DNA of 63,663 nucleotides, the filler included, from Platydemus manokwari (taxonomy: Eukaryota), in NCBI GenBank assembly GCA_037951405.1. It is 6 parts of 6 records of this genome, joined end to end, with 100 filler letters (N's around TTAATTAATTAA, not from the genome) between each part and the next. Parts side by side here need not be neighbours in the genome. Positions count along the whole stretch, not along the records: positions 22,166 to 34,088 come from JBBMOY010391111.1; positions 34,189 to 44,704 come from JBBMOY011127441.1; 4 more parts are not named here. One strand, 5' to 3'. The translations under genes and the position numbers were made by a program. The notes under the pieces were generated by a model. It saw nothing but the letters and a program-made list of their open reading frames with translations. It was not told where the DNA came from and did not search any database. Below, one piece after another: positions 26,030 through 38,000 of the stretch (the first letter of the stretch is position 1; every line of letters begins with the position of its first letter).

Positions 26030-28129
26030 ATTTATTTGAATAATTCAGTTAAGATCTCATATTTAGGATGTCTAATAGAGACAAAACATAGTTTTAAAAC
26101 CAAGTTCCTATTCTGGTCACAACACTTCTATCAGATTATTTGAGTTTTTTAATTTAAAATTTTAAATTATAAATCAAGTTAGTTAATTACAGATATGTTT
26201 AATAATATAATTGCTTATTTTTATAAATTAATTGTAAAAATTGAAAGTATCTCTCAATTTGATTCTTAAATTTTAAAAAGGGGTCCTCGTTAATTTTCAT
26301 TAAATTGCAATTCGACTTTCTTTAATCAATTTTTCAAATAATCAAATTTTATTAGATGTTGAAGCTCTAGTCTATTTAATATTTGATTTCAAACAACTAA
26401 AATTCTTTTTAAGTACCTCAATAAAAATTAAAAAAAATTTTCAAGAATATAATTAAATAAACTATATAAATTTTAGCATTGCGCTCAACAAATTCAAAAT
26501 TTTATTTTGGGAAGCCTTTTCTTAACTTTAGCCCGAAAATAAAGTACCGAATTTGAACTCATTACATGAAATACTTATACAAAGACAAGTTTAAATCATT
26601 TAACGCAATCAACTTTCTTGTAATAAATAATGATTACTTATTCTATTAGTGTTCATAAAATTATAAAATATAATTTTAAATTGATTTATTTTTTTGCAAT
26701 AAAAACTTGAAAGTTTGCAAAACAAATTATAAATCGTTATCGCACAATAATAATGAAATTAAACGATTCTTCTGCGAAAATAGAAAATTAATATTTCGTT
26801 GAATAACAAAAAAATAATCAGGAAAAATAGCTACTGAATGCCAGAACTCGACGTGTGGGGTTAAATTTCAATCCGGAAAAATATAACGATCTTATTATGA
26901 AAAATCTAATAAAATAAACGAAAGATTTTCTATTAAAAATTGATAATTAGCATTTTTATTGAAGCATTCAAAAATGATTTATTTATTTGTCACATTTTAC
27001 ACGGTTAACGAGAAATTAAAATGATAGAATCAACCAATGACTGGAATCCATAATATTCCCAAATTAGATGAATTTATTATTTCAATCATTATCGTAATAG
27101 TAATAATAATTAATATAACTAAATTAATATAACTAGTGAACTGAACTAGTGGTTAATATCTGATTCCGATTGGCTGTTAGGCTGAAAATTCGGTTATGTT
27201 TAAAAGATATATATTTACAGCAAAAGTACATTTTTAATAAGTGATTCTTAAGTTAACAATAATTTAGAGCAGTGTTTTTCGAAAGGAGACGCGAAAGATT
27301 TTTTGGAGGTGGGAGAAATTTTATTTTCGAGAATGACTTACATTAAGATATAATATCGATCGAATTTTAAAGATCTGGAATTAGTACCGAGACCAGCCAT
27401 CACCGAAATAAAGCCAGGATTTGATGTTTTATGCCAACATTGTTGTTATTATTAAATATATTTTAATTATTTTGCGTTAAAAAACCTTTTTATTAAAAAA
27501 AATTACTTTATTATTTTTATTTTAGTCCACTGATTCGTAAAGTGGGTTGCTATACAACAAGTGTTAAGACTACTAAATTTAGAGTCTTTTTAAAGATGCA
27601 TGTTGTACAGAAGCGTGTAAAATATTGAATTTCTCTTTGAGGATTTATAATTGTATAATGAATTACCGGCTGTGATGCCACGACTTGACTAATCACCTTC
27701 AAATGATTACCTTAAAGCTACAATGTATACTTTGTCCAAGGTCAATTTTGAAATGGCTTTGCTTGAGTGTTTTTACTAATTTTTGATACAGACTGATTGA
27801 ATCCTCCAAACCACATGTACAAATCAACTAAGTTTCATTTATCTACCAGCAATAATAAAGGTTATCATTTATTTATGTAATTTTTTTTATTATAATTTAT
27901 ATATTTTATATTTTCCCCTATTTCAACCATCCTCTATAACATGCATAACAAGTTGACCAATCCTCTATGAATTTTCTCACAGTACGGACATAGAATGAAT
28001 TTTTTATGCATTTACTTGATAATTGATTTATAGATTGCATTTATCATTGTCAAAATCATTGATTTTATTTCCGTTATTATTGCTTATATTAATGTTATCT
28101 ATACTAATACTGTATACACAATTCCAAAA

Positions 28130-28190
28130 TTAGCTTATTGGTGGATTCGAACCCAACACATCAATATCATTTACCGTTTGATCACGTAAT
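28130..28190 (-). mobile_element. Degenerate tRNA-derived SINE head
   Basis: B-box GGGTTCGAATCC on the minus strand with an A-box-like GATCAAACGGTAA upstream. No cloverleaf. Confidence 0.3.
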
Positions 28191-29149
28191 ACATATTGTA
28201 ACTGAAATTTAATTTCGTATAATCAAATTCATTACAATTATCACTAGCATTATTATTATTATCATCATTGTTATTATTAAATTTTTATAATTAATTTTTG
28301 GTGATTATTTTTATTGGTATTATTACAGTTATTAATATTAATAATTGTCATTTTTACATTACTTTTATTATTATTCATTCTATTGCTGCTAGTCTTTTAC
28401 TATTTTATTAATGTTATTATCATTCTCATGACTTTCACAAACTTTATTCAAGAATTTATTACGCTTTTTGGTAGGCGTGAGGAATAATTATTGGTTTCTT
28501 AATTTATCGACTTTCAATGTAAATAGAGGCACATTTAGCCAGTATTTTGGAATATGACTAGCTATGACAATTCTGCTTGACATATATCTAAACTATGTTT
28601 TCTTCATTTATTTCAATATTCATATTGTCAATCGACCATATACAAGTTAAAACTCATCGCTAAGATGTAATTGTATGTTTTATTTATTATTCAATGACGA
28701 AAATACTGTTAGGAATTATCAGTCTTTATAAAATTAAGTTTCTTTTAAAAATTAAGAAATCAAAACAGAAATCAGATAATTTAATTATTGATAAATCATT
28801 AGTGTTATGGGGAGAGAGCGTTACAAGGAAGTCAGTCAGTTCCGTAAGCATTGTGTTTTATTTTCTGAGATAAGTGTTTCAACGGTAAATCAATTAATAA
28901 ATTATAATTACTTAATTTTTAATAATAAAACTGATTTTTAAAAACAATTATATATTTCTGGTATTGAGTGACATGATTCTGAGATGATAGGTTCCTATTT
29001 GACCGCTATTTGGCATTCTGGAAATCACAGACATAACTTTACTAAATCCTTTTGCCAAGGCTACTTAATATCTAATCTTACCTAACAAAATTTTATAATT
29101 ATTTTCTGTGAAAGAATGTATGGTTGAATTTCAAGCTAGAATGTTTTTG

Positions 29150-29700
29150 GATTTTTCCAAAATTTGGAATTGGTCAAAGTGTTTCCACCATGTATGGACG
29201 TTATAAATTCCAAAAATCCATACAATTTACAATTTTATCAGCAAAACCATGAATTATAAAAATTTTCCTTTAAATTACATCAAAATTTATTTTCATGCTT
29301 AATGTCTTCAAAATTAATTGAGATTTCAACATTCTATTAAATGTTTTTCGAATCACCAGATGTAATGATAAACGATGCGTTCAGATTCATTTAAATAATA
29401 TCATCTTCATATAACAAATGAAAACCCTTTCTACCAAACTCGATGATTCTCGTTGTTGTTTTTTCAAAAAATGAATTTCTCTAATCGATTATTGGTCATC
29501 TATGCATACCGCAAGCTGGTTTGAATAAAATATCATTTGTAGAGTAACAAAATATAAGCTTCATTTCCAAAAATGTTTCTCAAATTCACTGAGCTTGAAA
29601 TTACTGATTTTTTAAATAAAATATTGACTGTCAATAACTTATCTATGTCAATCACATTAACGGAATTAAATCAATGATGCTACGTCTTCTAAAGATATAT
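29150..29700 (-). mobile_element. Possible MULE transposase remnant
   Basis: Weak traces of WF(A)D and TIHG-like motifs across frameshifts. Confidence 0.22.
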
Positions 29701-32700
29701 CCAATTTGGAGCAAACACAATTACTTTATTGACACATTTATTTGAGTTTGTTTACGATGACATGTATCATGATCTCTCAATTGTCTAATCCTTATATCTT
29801 TATATTCACTGATGAACAGTAGGCCTCAATATCATAAATCGTCATGGTGAGACTTGTGAGAACTATCGATATACTAGTGACTGGTTAGCGGCTACTATTC
29901 ACGTTGTTGAGAATTCTTTTTTTTTGGGTTTTAATTTAAGATAAGATGGAATTTGGAATTTTATTAGTCAATTCATAAGACTTCAGATGCTCACTACCGG
30001 AACGGATATTTCAGCGAACATTTCTAGGCATCATCAGTCCTCCTACCGTTTGTTTAAACAATGACGATTAGTCCTTAAATTTATTTCTCTACACTACACT
30101 TCTTGATAAATCGCAATGTAATAAGATAAATAAATTTATTATCACGCGAATAAAGTTGATTGCGCAACACCGACATCGATGAGGTCATAGATTTCAATCG
30201 GTTCACGTAATCAAATGTCGTGATTTATTTTTTTCAAAAAGAAAATTTTAAAAACTATTATTTCAAATATTGATAAAAATTTGAAAAAAAGTTTATAGTG
30301 GAAATTAATACCTTTTCAATATTATTGTTATCTTTGCCTGGGATAATCTTTTGCTTTCAATCTGCTTCACGACAACAGATTTCTTTAAATGATAAAAGAT
30401 AAAAAAGGATTGGTAGTGAAAACAAATTTGTGTCCATTCCAAATGTTATCATCCCATCCCCGATATTTTATTTTTCATTGCACGATTTCCAAATTTTTGT
30501 TTCGATTATTTTTTCTTCATTTTTCAATTATATTTTATCAACTGATTACCCACTGAATCCAATGAAGGATGCCAGATTTATCGATTTATTCAATATCAAT
30601 CGGTTGTGCAGTTTCGGGACTTCCAAAAATGATTTTCCCATTTCATTGAAAATGGATAAAATTGGTTTAAAAATTTTGGAAATTAATTTGTTTATTATTA
30701 TTTTCTTATGAAATTCGATATATAATTGGTTGTCATCAATTTGATAATGATAATTTTATGTGATAATTATTTTAGACTTCTAAAATATATTTTACATTTC
30801 AAAGGGAATTGTGGGGGGATTACAAAAAACATGAATTATTACGATACAACTTTATAAACCAAATTGGTAATTTAATTTCTGTTGTATATATTATCTAGAT
30901 AAGGTTCACCTGAACTATGAGTTGACTGATTAGTATATTAAATTAAAAATATATAGCAAGACATAATGCTCTTCATCATGGAAAATGTCACATTTGCTTA
31001 TATTAACATCATCACCATCTTTTTTTACGTTCCAACCTTAATAAATCCTAAAAATCGGTTTTAAAGTGTACCTTATAGTCCGGAAAATACAGTCATATTC
31101 TTTTCATAACTGACAAAGAAAGTAATTCCCATGTTAAAATTTTGAAAAATCTATAAATATCAAGATTAAAAGTTTTTCTTTGAAAAATGGTTTTATTGAG
31201 ATACCGTGTTAACATTTCTTCAGCTCGATAACTGGAAAATATCTCAATTCAAAATTCTTTTTTATTAATTCGTTTCTCCTTAAAACAGAATAAAAACCGT
31301 ATCATATTTCTAAGATATAGGTATCAATTATATTCAAATTAGTATTTCATGTCATCAAATATTTGACCGCCATTCGAAATTTAAGGAAATTATCCACAAT
31401 TTTCAAGAGTTGTTTAGAAAAGGATTAGATTCAGTATGTATGAATGGAGATTATTTTTTGGACTAATTTGAATAACATATTGTCTTTTTATTCTAATGTT
31501 TACTGGAAATGAATTTTAAAATGTATCTATCAAACTCGTAATAAGCCAATGTATGTCTTCAAGTGTATGACGTATTTGTTATATCTACAGATATATTTTA
31601 TATCTACATAAGATATATAGCAATATCTAAGTATAAGATATCATACATATGATTGTTACAAAAGATTAATCAAAATGAGTTGAAATTTGTTTAATAAGAT
31701 TTAAGTTAATTTAAAAATTAACTACTTTCGAATAAATAGTTAAGTGCTTACAAAATCTTGATGAAACATATAATACCACAATTACATCAGAACGACTTTT
31801 ACAGTTGTTTTGTATAATCTGATTGTAATTAGGATTGCAGAATAATAAATTAATCATAGGACCAACCTAATTTATGTGTTCAATTTCATTTGTTTCGATA
31901 ATTTCAGTTTCTAGTTATCATAATAATCTTTTGAAAATCTAAATAAGTTTAATTCGGTTTGTAGATAAATAAGGAATCACTTAATTTTTTCTGACTTATA
32001 TCTGGTATAATGCCGACATATCACAACACAATTAAGTTTACAAAAATGTTGTTGAAAAATTCCAAATTACTATTATTTCATGTTGCAACGTATATGGAAA
32101 GGGAATTATTCACCAACTTTTGGATATTTAACAAGTATATTTAGGTTATGGAAAAAGTATTATAATCAACTAATTAAGATCAAATAAATCAAAAACTCAT
32201 AAATTCATCAGACAATAATTATTATTATTATATCGATTATTAATATCAATATCATCAATTGTAATTAGAAACGCCACAATATTTACCACATAAAAAATTA
32301 AAATTAACAATTTTAAGTACCAAAAACGTTTATCGTAGCTAAAAATTAGTATAAATAAAAAGCAACTACCAGGAATAGCGGTTAAAATTTGTAAAGAATT
32401 TAAACCATCTTCGGTTGAAATAAGATTCGTAGATCTCTATGGAAGAAAAAGTTGGAAAGCTATAATTTTTGAATGAAGTCTTTCCAGTGGGAGAAATATA
32501 AAATATATTTATTTAAATCTACTGGATAATAGAAGCTTAAAAATAATAAATATATTTTGGTTGATGAATTATTAGCAACTGAGAGACTTTGCCATGTGTG
32601 AGTTAATTAAATATCGTGAGAGAATGATGTTATTCTAAATTAACAATGGAATTCAATATTTTTTACACCAATATATAATTCTATATTTTCAAAAACTGAT

Positions 32701-33324
32701 GGTCAATTTGTTGAAAGCAAACTTTCCCATTATAAATAATTAATATTCTAAACTGAAAAATTGAAATTCATAATCTTATTAGGTAATATAAATGATCTTT
32801 TCAAAATGGTTCGCCCAACAGACATTAAATTACAATATCAAATATTATAATAAAATCAAATCAAAAAGGAAAACTGGCATGATAAATAATAATGGACATT
32901 ATTCAACGAGATGGAATAGATTAGACTGGGTGTCGACTATCAAAGTTAGAGCAATTTTTTCTCTTTTGCGTTGGCTTTTTCTATTCCATCTCCGACGATT
33001 ATAAAAATAAATAAAATTAACTCGATGGAATTTATTCATTCACCAAATAAAATTCCATAATCAACGACTCATTTTTCATTCTGTCCTAATCCACAATTGA
33101 ACTGCTGTTTCAGAAACAAAAATTTATTTTCAAACGAAAAAAAAGACAAGAGACAAAAAATAACGCTGATTCTCAATTTTTAATTGATGAATTAATATCG
33201 GCTTTGAATGTGTCATGTGGGAGTTAATTAAATATCGTGAGAGTATAATTATTCTAATAAACAATCAATTCAATAATTTCATATTTTCGTGGATTTTTTT
33301 CCTCTCTCTCAAAATATAGCTCAC

Positions 33325-33569
33325 CTGCTAGATTTTCTTCCGTACAGATTTCGGTATCGGAAAATTCACAGACTTTCATTTTCCACACCAAACCCGACGG
33401 TGGATTGGATTCCGTTGTTAAACAATTGAAAAATACGATTTCGTTTTCAGATAGAGATTTCGAAGTGGAGCTTTCAATTTTAATATGCAAAGGTGGAAAT
33501 ACCACTGTCAATTTTATTATCCTGCTGCTCATGGGTTTGGTTTGGGAAAAGTGCATTTGAGTTTGACAA
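33325..33569 (-). CDS. Internal exon of a nephrin/sticks-and-stones-like Ig-superfamily gene
   Basis: Acceptor tgtttgttaag| and donor GCAG|GTGAGC. Encodes CQTQ..PMSSRIIKLTVVFPPLHIKI..SENEIVFFNCLTTESNPPSGLVW, the junction of two C2-type Ig domains (V.FPP, C, SNPP..L.W). Confidence 0.7.
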
Positions 33570-34088
33570 CTTAACAAACAAAACGAATTTCAATCGAGGA
33601 TTTGTTGTAATTGATTTATTGTTTATCAATACGATTTAACATATCTATTTCCAAAATATAAATGCAAAAATGCTATTGTTTATTTTTATTATATTTATTA
33701 ATATTATTCTTTTAATAATAATAATTATTATTATTATTGCTGCCTTTAGTAACTCACTTAAAATTAATAGAATAAAATCTATTCCAAAAAAAATTTCAAA
33801 AATCTCAAATAACACATCAAAAACAAACTCATAAAAATCTGTAATAAAATCATAAAGTAAAGGAGGTAAAATTTAAGATCGATTAAAGCAAGCACAAAAT
33901 TATCGACCAAAATACGGACGGTTATTCTTGAGACTTGATTCTTTTTGAAGAGCTTACCAATTGAATATAATTAATGAAAAGAAATAACAAAAAATTGATT
34001 GATTAAAAAGAAGGGGATTAAAGGAGTTTGAATTGTAATGATTTAAATGCGAAATTATATCAATAAAAACTAAATTAGAATATTGGTT

Positions 34089-34188
34089 NNNNNNNNNNNN
34101 NNNNNNNNNNNNNNNNNNNNNNNNNNNNNNNNTTAATTAATTAANNNNNNNNNNNNNNNNNNNNNNNNNNNNNNNNNNNNNNNNNNNN
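34089..34188. other. Artificial assembly spacer
   Basis: 44 N + TTAATTAATTAA + 44 N. Confidence 0.98.
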
Positions 34189-35013
34189 GCCAGCTTTCTG
34201 AGTAGTCTAAGGTATTCGAGATACTTACATTCACTTTAGACTGTACTTTCATTAACAAGTGTCGTAGCCACTTACCAGTGTCTCAGATAAGTCTGTACCT
34301 ACACAATGTTTTACAATCTATCAGTACGTTCAAATTTGCCGCCAGCTTAATTATTCCCATTTTGCTTTTTATCATGAGCACGCTCTAAAACTCTGTTCGC
34401 TTTCAATTCCATTTTTTAGTTATTTCATGACAAGTCATAAAACATACAAACATCGGGTGATATTTTGGTAAAAACCAAAATAAATTTTCGTCACAAATCA
34501 ATGCTCCAAACCGAAACAATTATTTCAACAATTCATTCACAAATTTGGACGACAGCTCTCATCAAATGGCTACATGGCATCGGAAAAAACAATTGATAGA
34601 TAATATCCTTTATTTTAATGATTGAGTCGTTTGGTTGCAGCTTTAGTATGAAATCGAAATTGATTTATAAATGAAAGACAAATTTTTTTGAGATTCTCAA
34701 AATAAAATTTGAAAACTTTTTTTTGTCTCCCACTATAATTTGATTTCGATGTTCGTTGTTTTATAGTGGAAATATGTCGTCTACAATCAATGCCTACATG
34801 CCGAGTTTGATTGTTTAGCTAGTCCAATAATTATGGAGCAGAGATAAACATCAATCCAACACTATCACTGCCTTTCATCATATATATTTTAATTAAATTG
34901 AATCATATATTTACAATTTTTTACTAACACAGACGCACACACACACACATATATATATATATATAATATTTGAGAATCAAAACTTCAAATGTAAAACTAT
35001 CAAGAATACGTAC

Positions 35014-38000
35014 AGTGAACTTTCCGAGATGATCATCCACATCACTTGAATAATTACATTCGAATTTTTTCAGCAGCTTCTTTCGAATAGCAAACTCATC
35101 GACTGTCGAACTCAAACATTGAATACTTTTATTATAATAAACCCATTGATTAATCAGATCTGTTATCAGAGTTTCAGCATTTTGAGCTTTATTCAACAAA
35201 CTAGAATATTCCTCCTCAATTCCATTAATTCGATCGATGATTTTCTCCCTATCACATTCGAATATTAAATGTTTAGAGAGATTGTTTGTCACTTCATTAA
35301 CGTGATCCATCATTGGTTTGCCATCGTTTGCAATGGTAAGCAAGACTTGTTTCAAATGTTCATATTTCTGATGGACCATTGATTCTGAACATCGTAAATC
35401 CCCAATCGATGACATCGTTTTATTCACCGGAACTAACCACTGTGTGACATTATCAACAGCAGATAATAAATCAATGTTGTCTTTCAATAGACTCTCGCAA
35501 GATTTTCGTTTTTCGATCAGTTCGGTGAATATCGAATCGAATTTCTGTTGTAAGACTGAAAGGGCGACCTTTGTCTTTTCACTTATCTCGCAACCATAAT
35601 CGTTCATTGTCGAATTGAGACTGAGTGATTTTCTATTTATTTCCTCAACGAATTGTCCAATACTCACAAGATGACTCTGTAAAGTCGGTACTAGAATATG
35701 TGAAGTCAGAGTGTGATTCTGAATCGTCTTTTCAAAAGAGCTTAACCATATTGAATAGTTTTCAATGATATTTTCCATTTGTGCTTCTCGATTTCTGTTG
35801 TGAATAAAGTTGGATTTGATTTGACAATACGACTCTACAATGTTATCATACATTTTCATGGTTTCAAGATGAGTACGAGATAATTTCTTTTTGCCATCAT
35901 CACTTGTGCTATCCATTGCCATTTGGAATGTTGAATTCAAATTCGTTTTCAAATCCTTGAGAACAGCAATTTTCTCATCCAACGAATCAAAAACATCAAA
36001 TATCTCATTGAGGTTTGTAGAATTGTTCAGATTTTCCTTCAATCTGTTGAAGTCATTCACGAATATTTTGATTTGATTTCTGAACTCATTTTCTCCACTT
36101 TCGTAAAATTGATGAGTCATCAGCCATTTTTCTAAAATTTCTAATTTATATTCCGTTAATTCTGTTAAAGCAGAGAAGCGAATTTGTAGTTCTCTGATAT
36201 CGTGATTAAGAGAAAAATGTAACGAAAGACTGTTTCCTTGTTCGATCAAAAAATCTAATTTTTTCTTTCGATCATCAAGACTAAAAAGGTGATTTTTATA
36301 TTTATTTAAAGCTAATTCTTTCTCTTGTATTGATGAATACAGGCCCGGATTTCTAAATTCATCCTCATTTACAGTCAACCAATTGCTGTAATCTTTCAAA
36401 GTAATCTGTAATTGCCTGACACGTTCATTTTCCATATTCAACTCTCTTAATTTATCATTAACATTTTCTTGTAGCTGAACATATCGATCAGTGAGATTCT
36501 TTAAAGAGATCTCCATATTTCTATAACCAGCTAAAGATGTATGGGGAATTAAATTCTCGATGCCTTCATTAAGCCATTTCGTTTTTGATTCTCCATCCAA
36601 AATACCCAATTGGAGGGAGGTGTAATCCTTTATTTCCACAATCAACGGTTCAGAAGAAAAATCATACTTCAAATTCAAGTATCCAAAATGACTTTCTGCA
36701 ATCACCAACCACTCAGAAAGTTCTGCTAATTTATTATCGAATTCCAACTGATCATTAAAAGCTCTCTTCGATTCACCAACGATAACATTAATTTCTGTCA
36801 TCATTTTGTCTTGTTTCGCATATAATTCTTTCCTGTCAAAGTCCAAATCTTGTCTTTCATCTAAATATTTATTCATTTCCTTTTTCAATTCCTGTGCTTG
36901 TCGCCTCAGGGTTTTTGCTTCAAAGTATTTGATTTTCTTTTGTCTGAGATCTTCACCTTTTAGATCTTCTAAGAGTCTCAGAGAATTTTCGATACTTTGC
37001 AGACATTCGATTAAATGTCTCATTTTCTCATTGAATTCCAACATTTCAAGTTTTGCCTTTTCTCTTTTCCATTTTAGTCGTTCGTGAATCGACTGAATGT
37101 CTTTCCAATATTTATCAACGTATTTTAATTTATTCGATATCAAAGTCTTCCCATCATTAGATGAAGTGCGATTACATTCACTAGCAAGATCATTCAACTT
37201 TGTCATCATCTCTTTTAATTCTCTCAAATCTGGTACACTGTTCGTAGATGTTTTCAAATCCAGATCTTGAATTTCATCTTTCATCACGGTCATATCATGA
37301 ATGATCTTTTGATAGTAATTTTCAAATAACTCTTCGCAAACTATTGACGTATTGTTTTGCTCGATTATTCTATCGATTTTGGATCTCTGACTTTTGAGGT
37401 GATTGTCCAAGTTCGAGATGGTCTTGAGAAGATCTTTACAATCAAAGGTTTTGGAGATTTCATTCAATACACTCTCATTTATATCATCTATTTCCATTTC
37501 ACTGCTCTCGATTTCTTTCTTTAATTTATTTGATTTATCTAATATCCTTTTCTTACTTTCAAGTGATCCTCCGTATTCGTTTACAGTTTTTATTTCTTCA
37601 TCAAAACGAACGTTTTCTCTATCCAATTGATAAATTCGATTATCTAAACCTTTCAAACTTTCGACATCTTTATTCAATCGATTCATGATGGATTTGATTT
37701 CTATCGAACATTTATCTCTTTGGTTCAGCAAAGAATTCAGCTCCTTAATTTCCAAACCACACCCGGCCTTGTGAACCAGCGTTATCTCATCGATATCTCG
37801 TTTGATTGATTCCAATATTATATAATAATTATTTAATTCTTTCCATCTCTCTTCGACATTCAATCGATTTAGTAAAAGTGATTCTCCAAACATCATTTGT
37901 TGGTTTAAATTAATAACATGTAGTCGTTCTTTTATGTTATTGATTTTGCTTTCCATCTGTTCTTGATCTGTTAATGATTTGTTAACATCAATCAATTTCT

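Noticed and set aside
29985-30050. Minus-strand CTGATGA..GAAA hammerhead-like core
   Set aside because: No stem I partner or properly placed NUH site was found.
32560-32625. C/D-box snoRNA reading of the duplicated block
   Set aside because: A TGATGA box is present but there is no canonical terminal CTGA box or terminal stem in either copy.
34917-35013. ORF-track C-terminus ..YIYIYMCVCVRLC of the 1387-aa ORF
   Set aside because: Read-through past the splice donor at 35013 into intronic TA/CA repeats.
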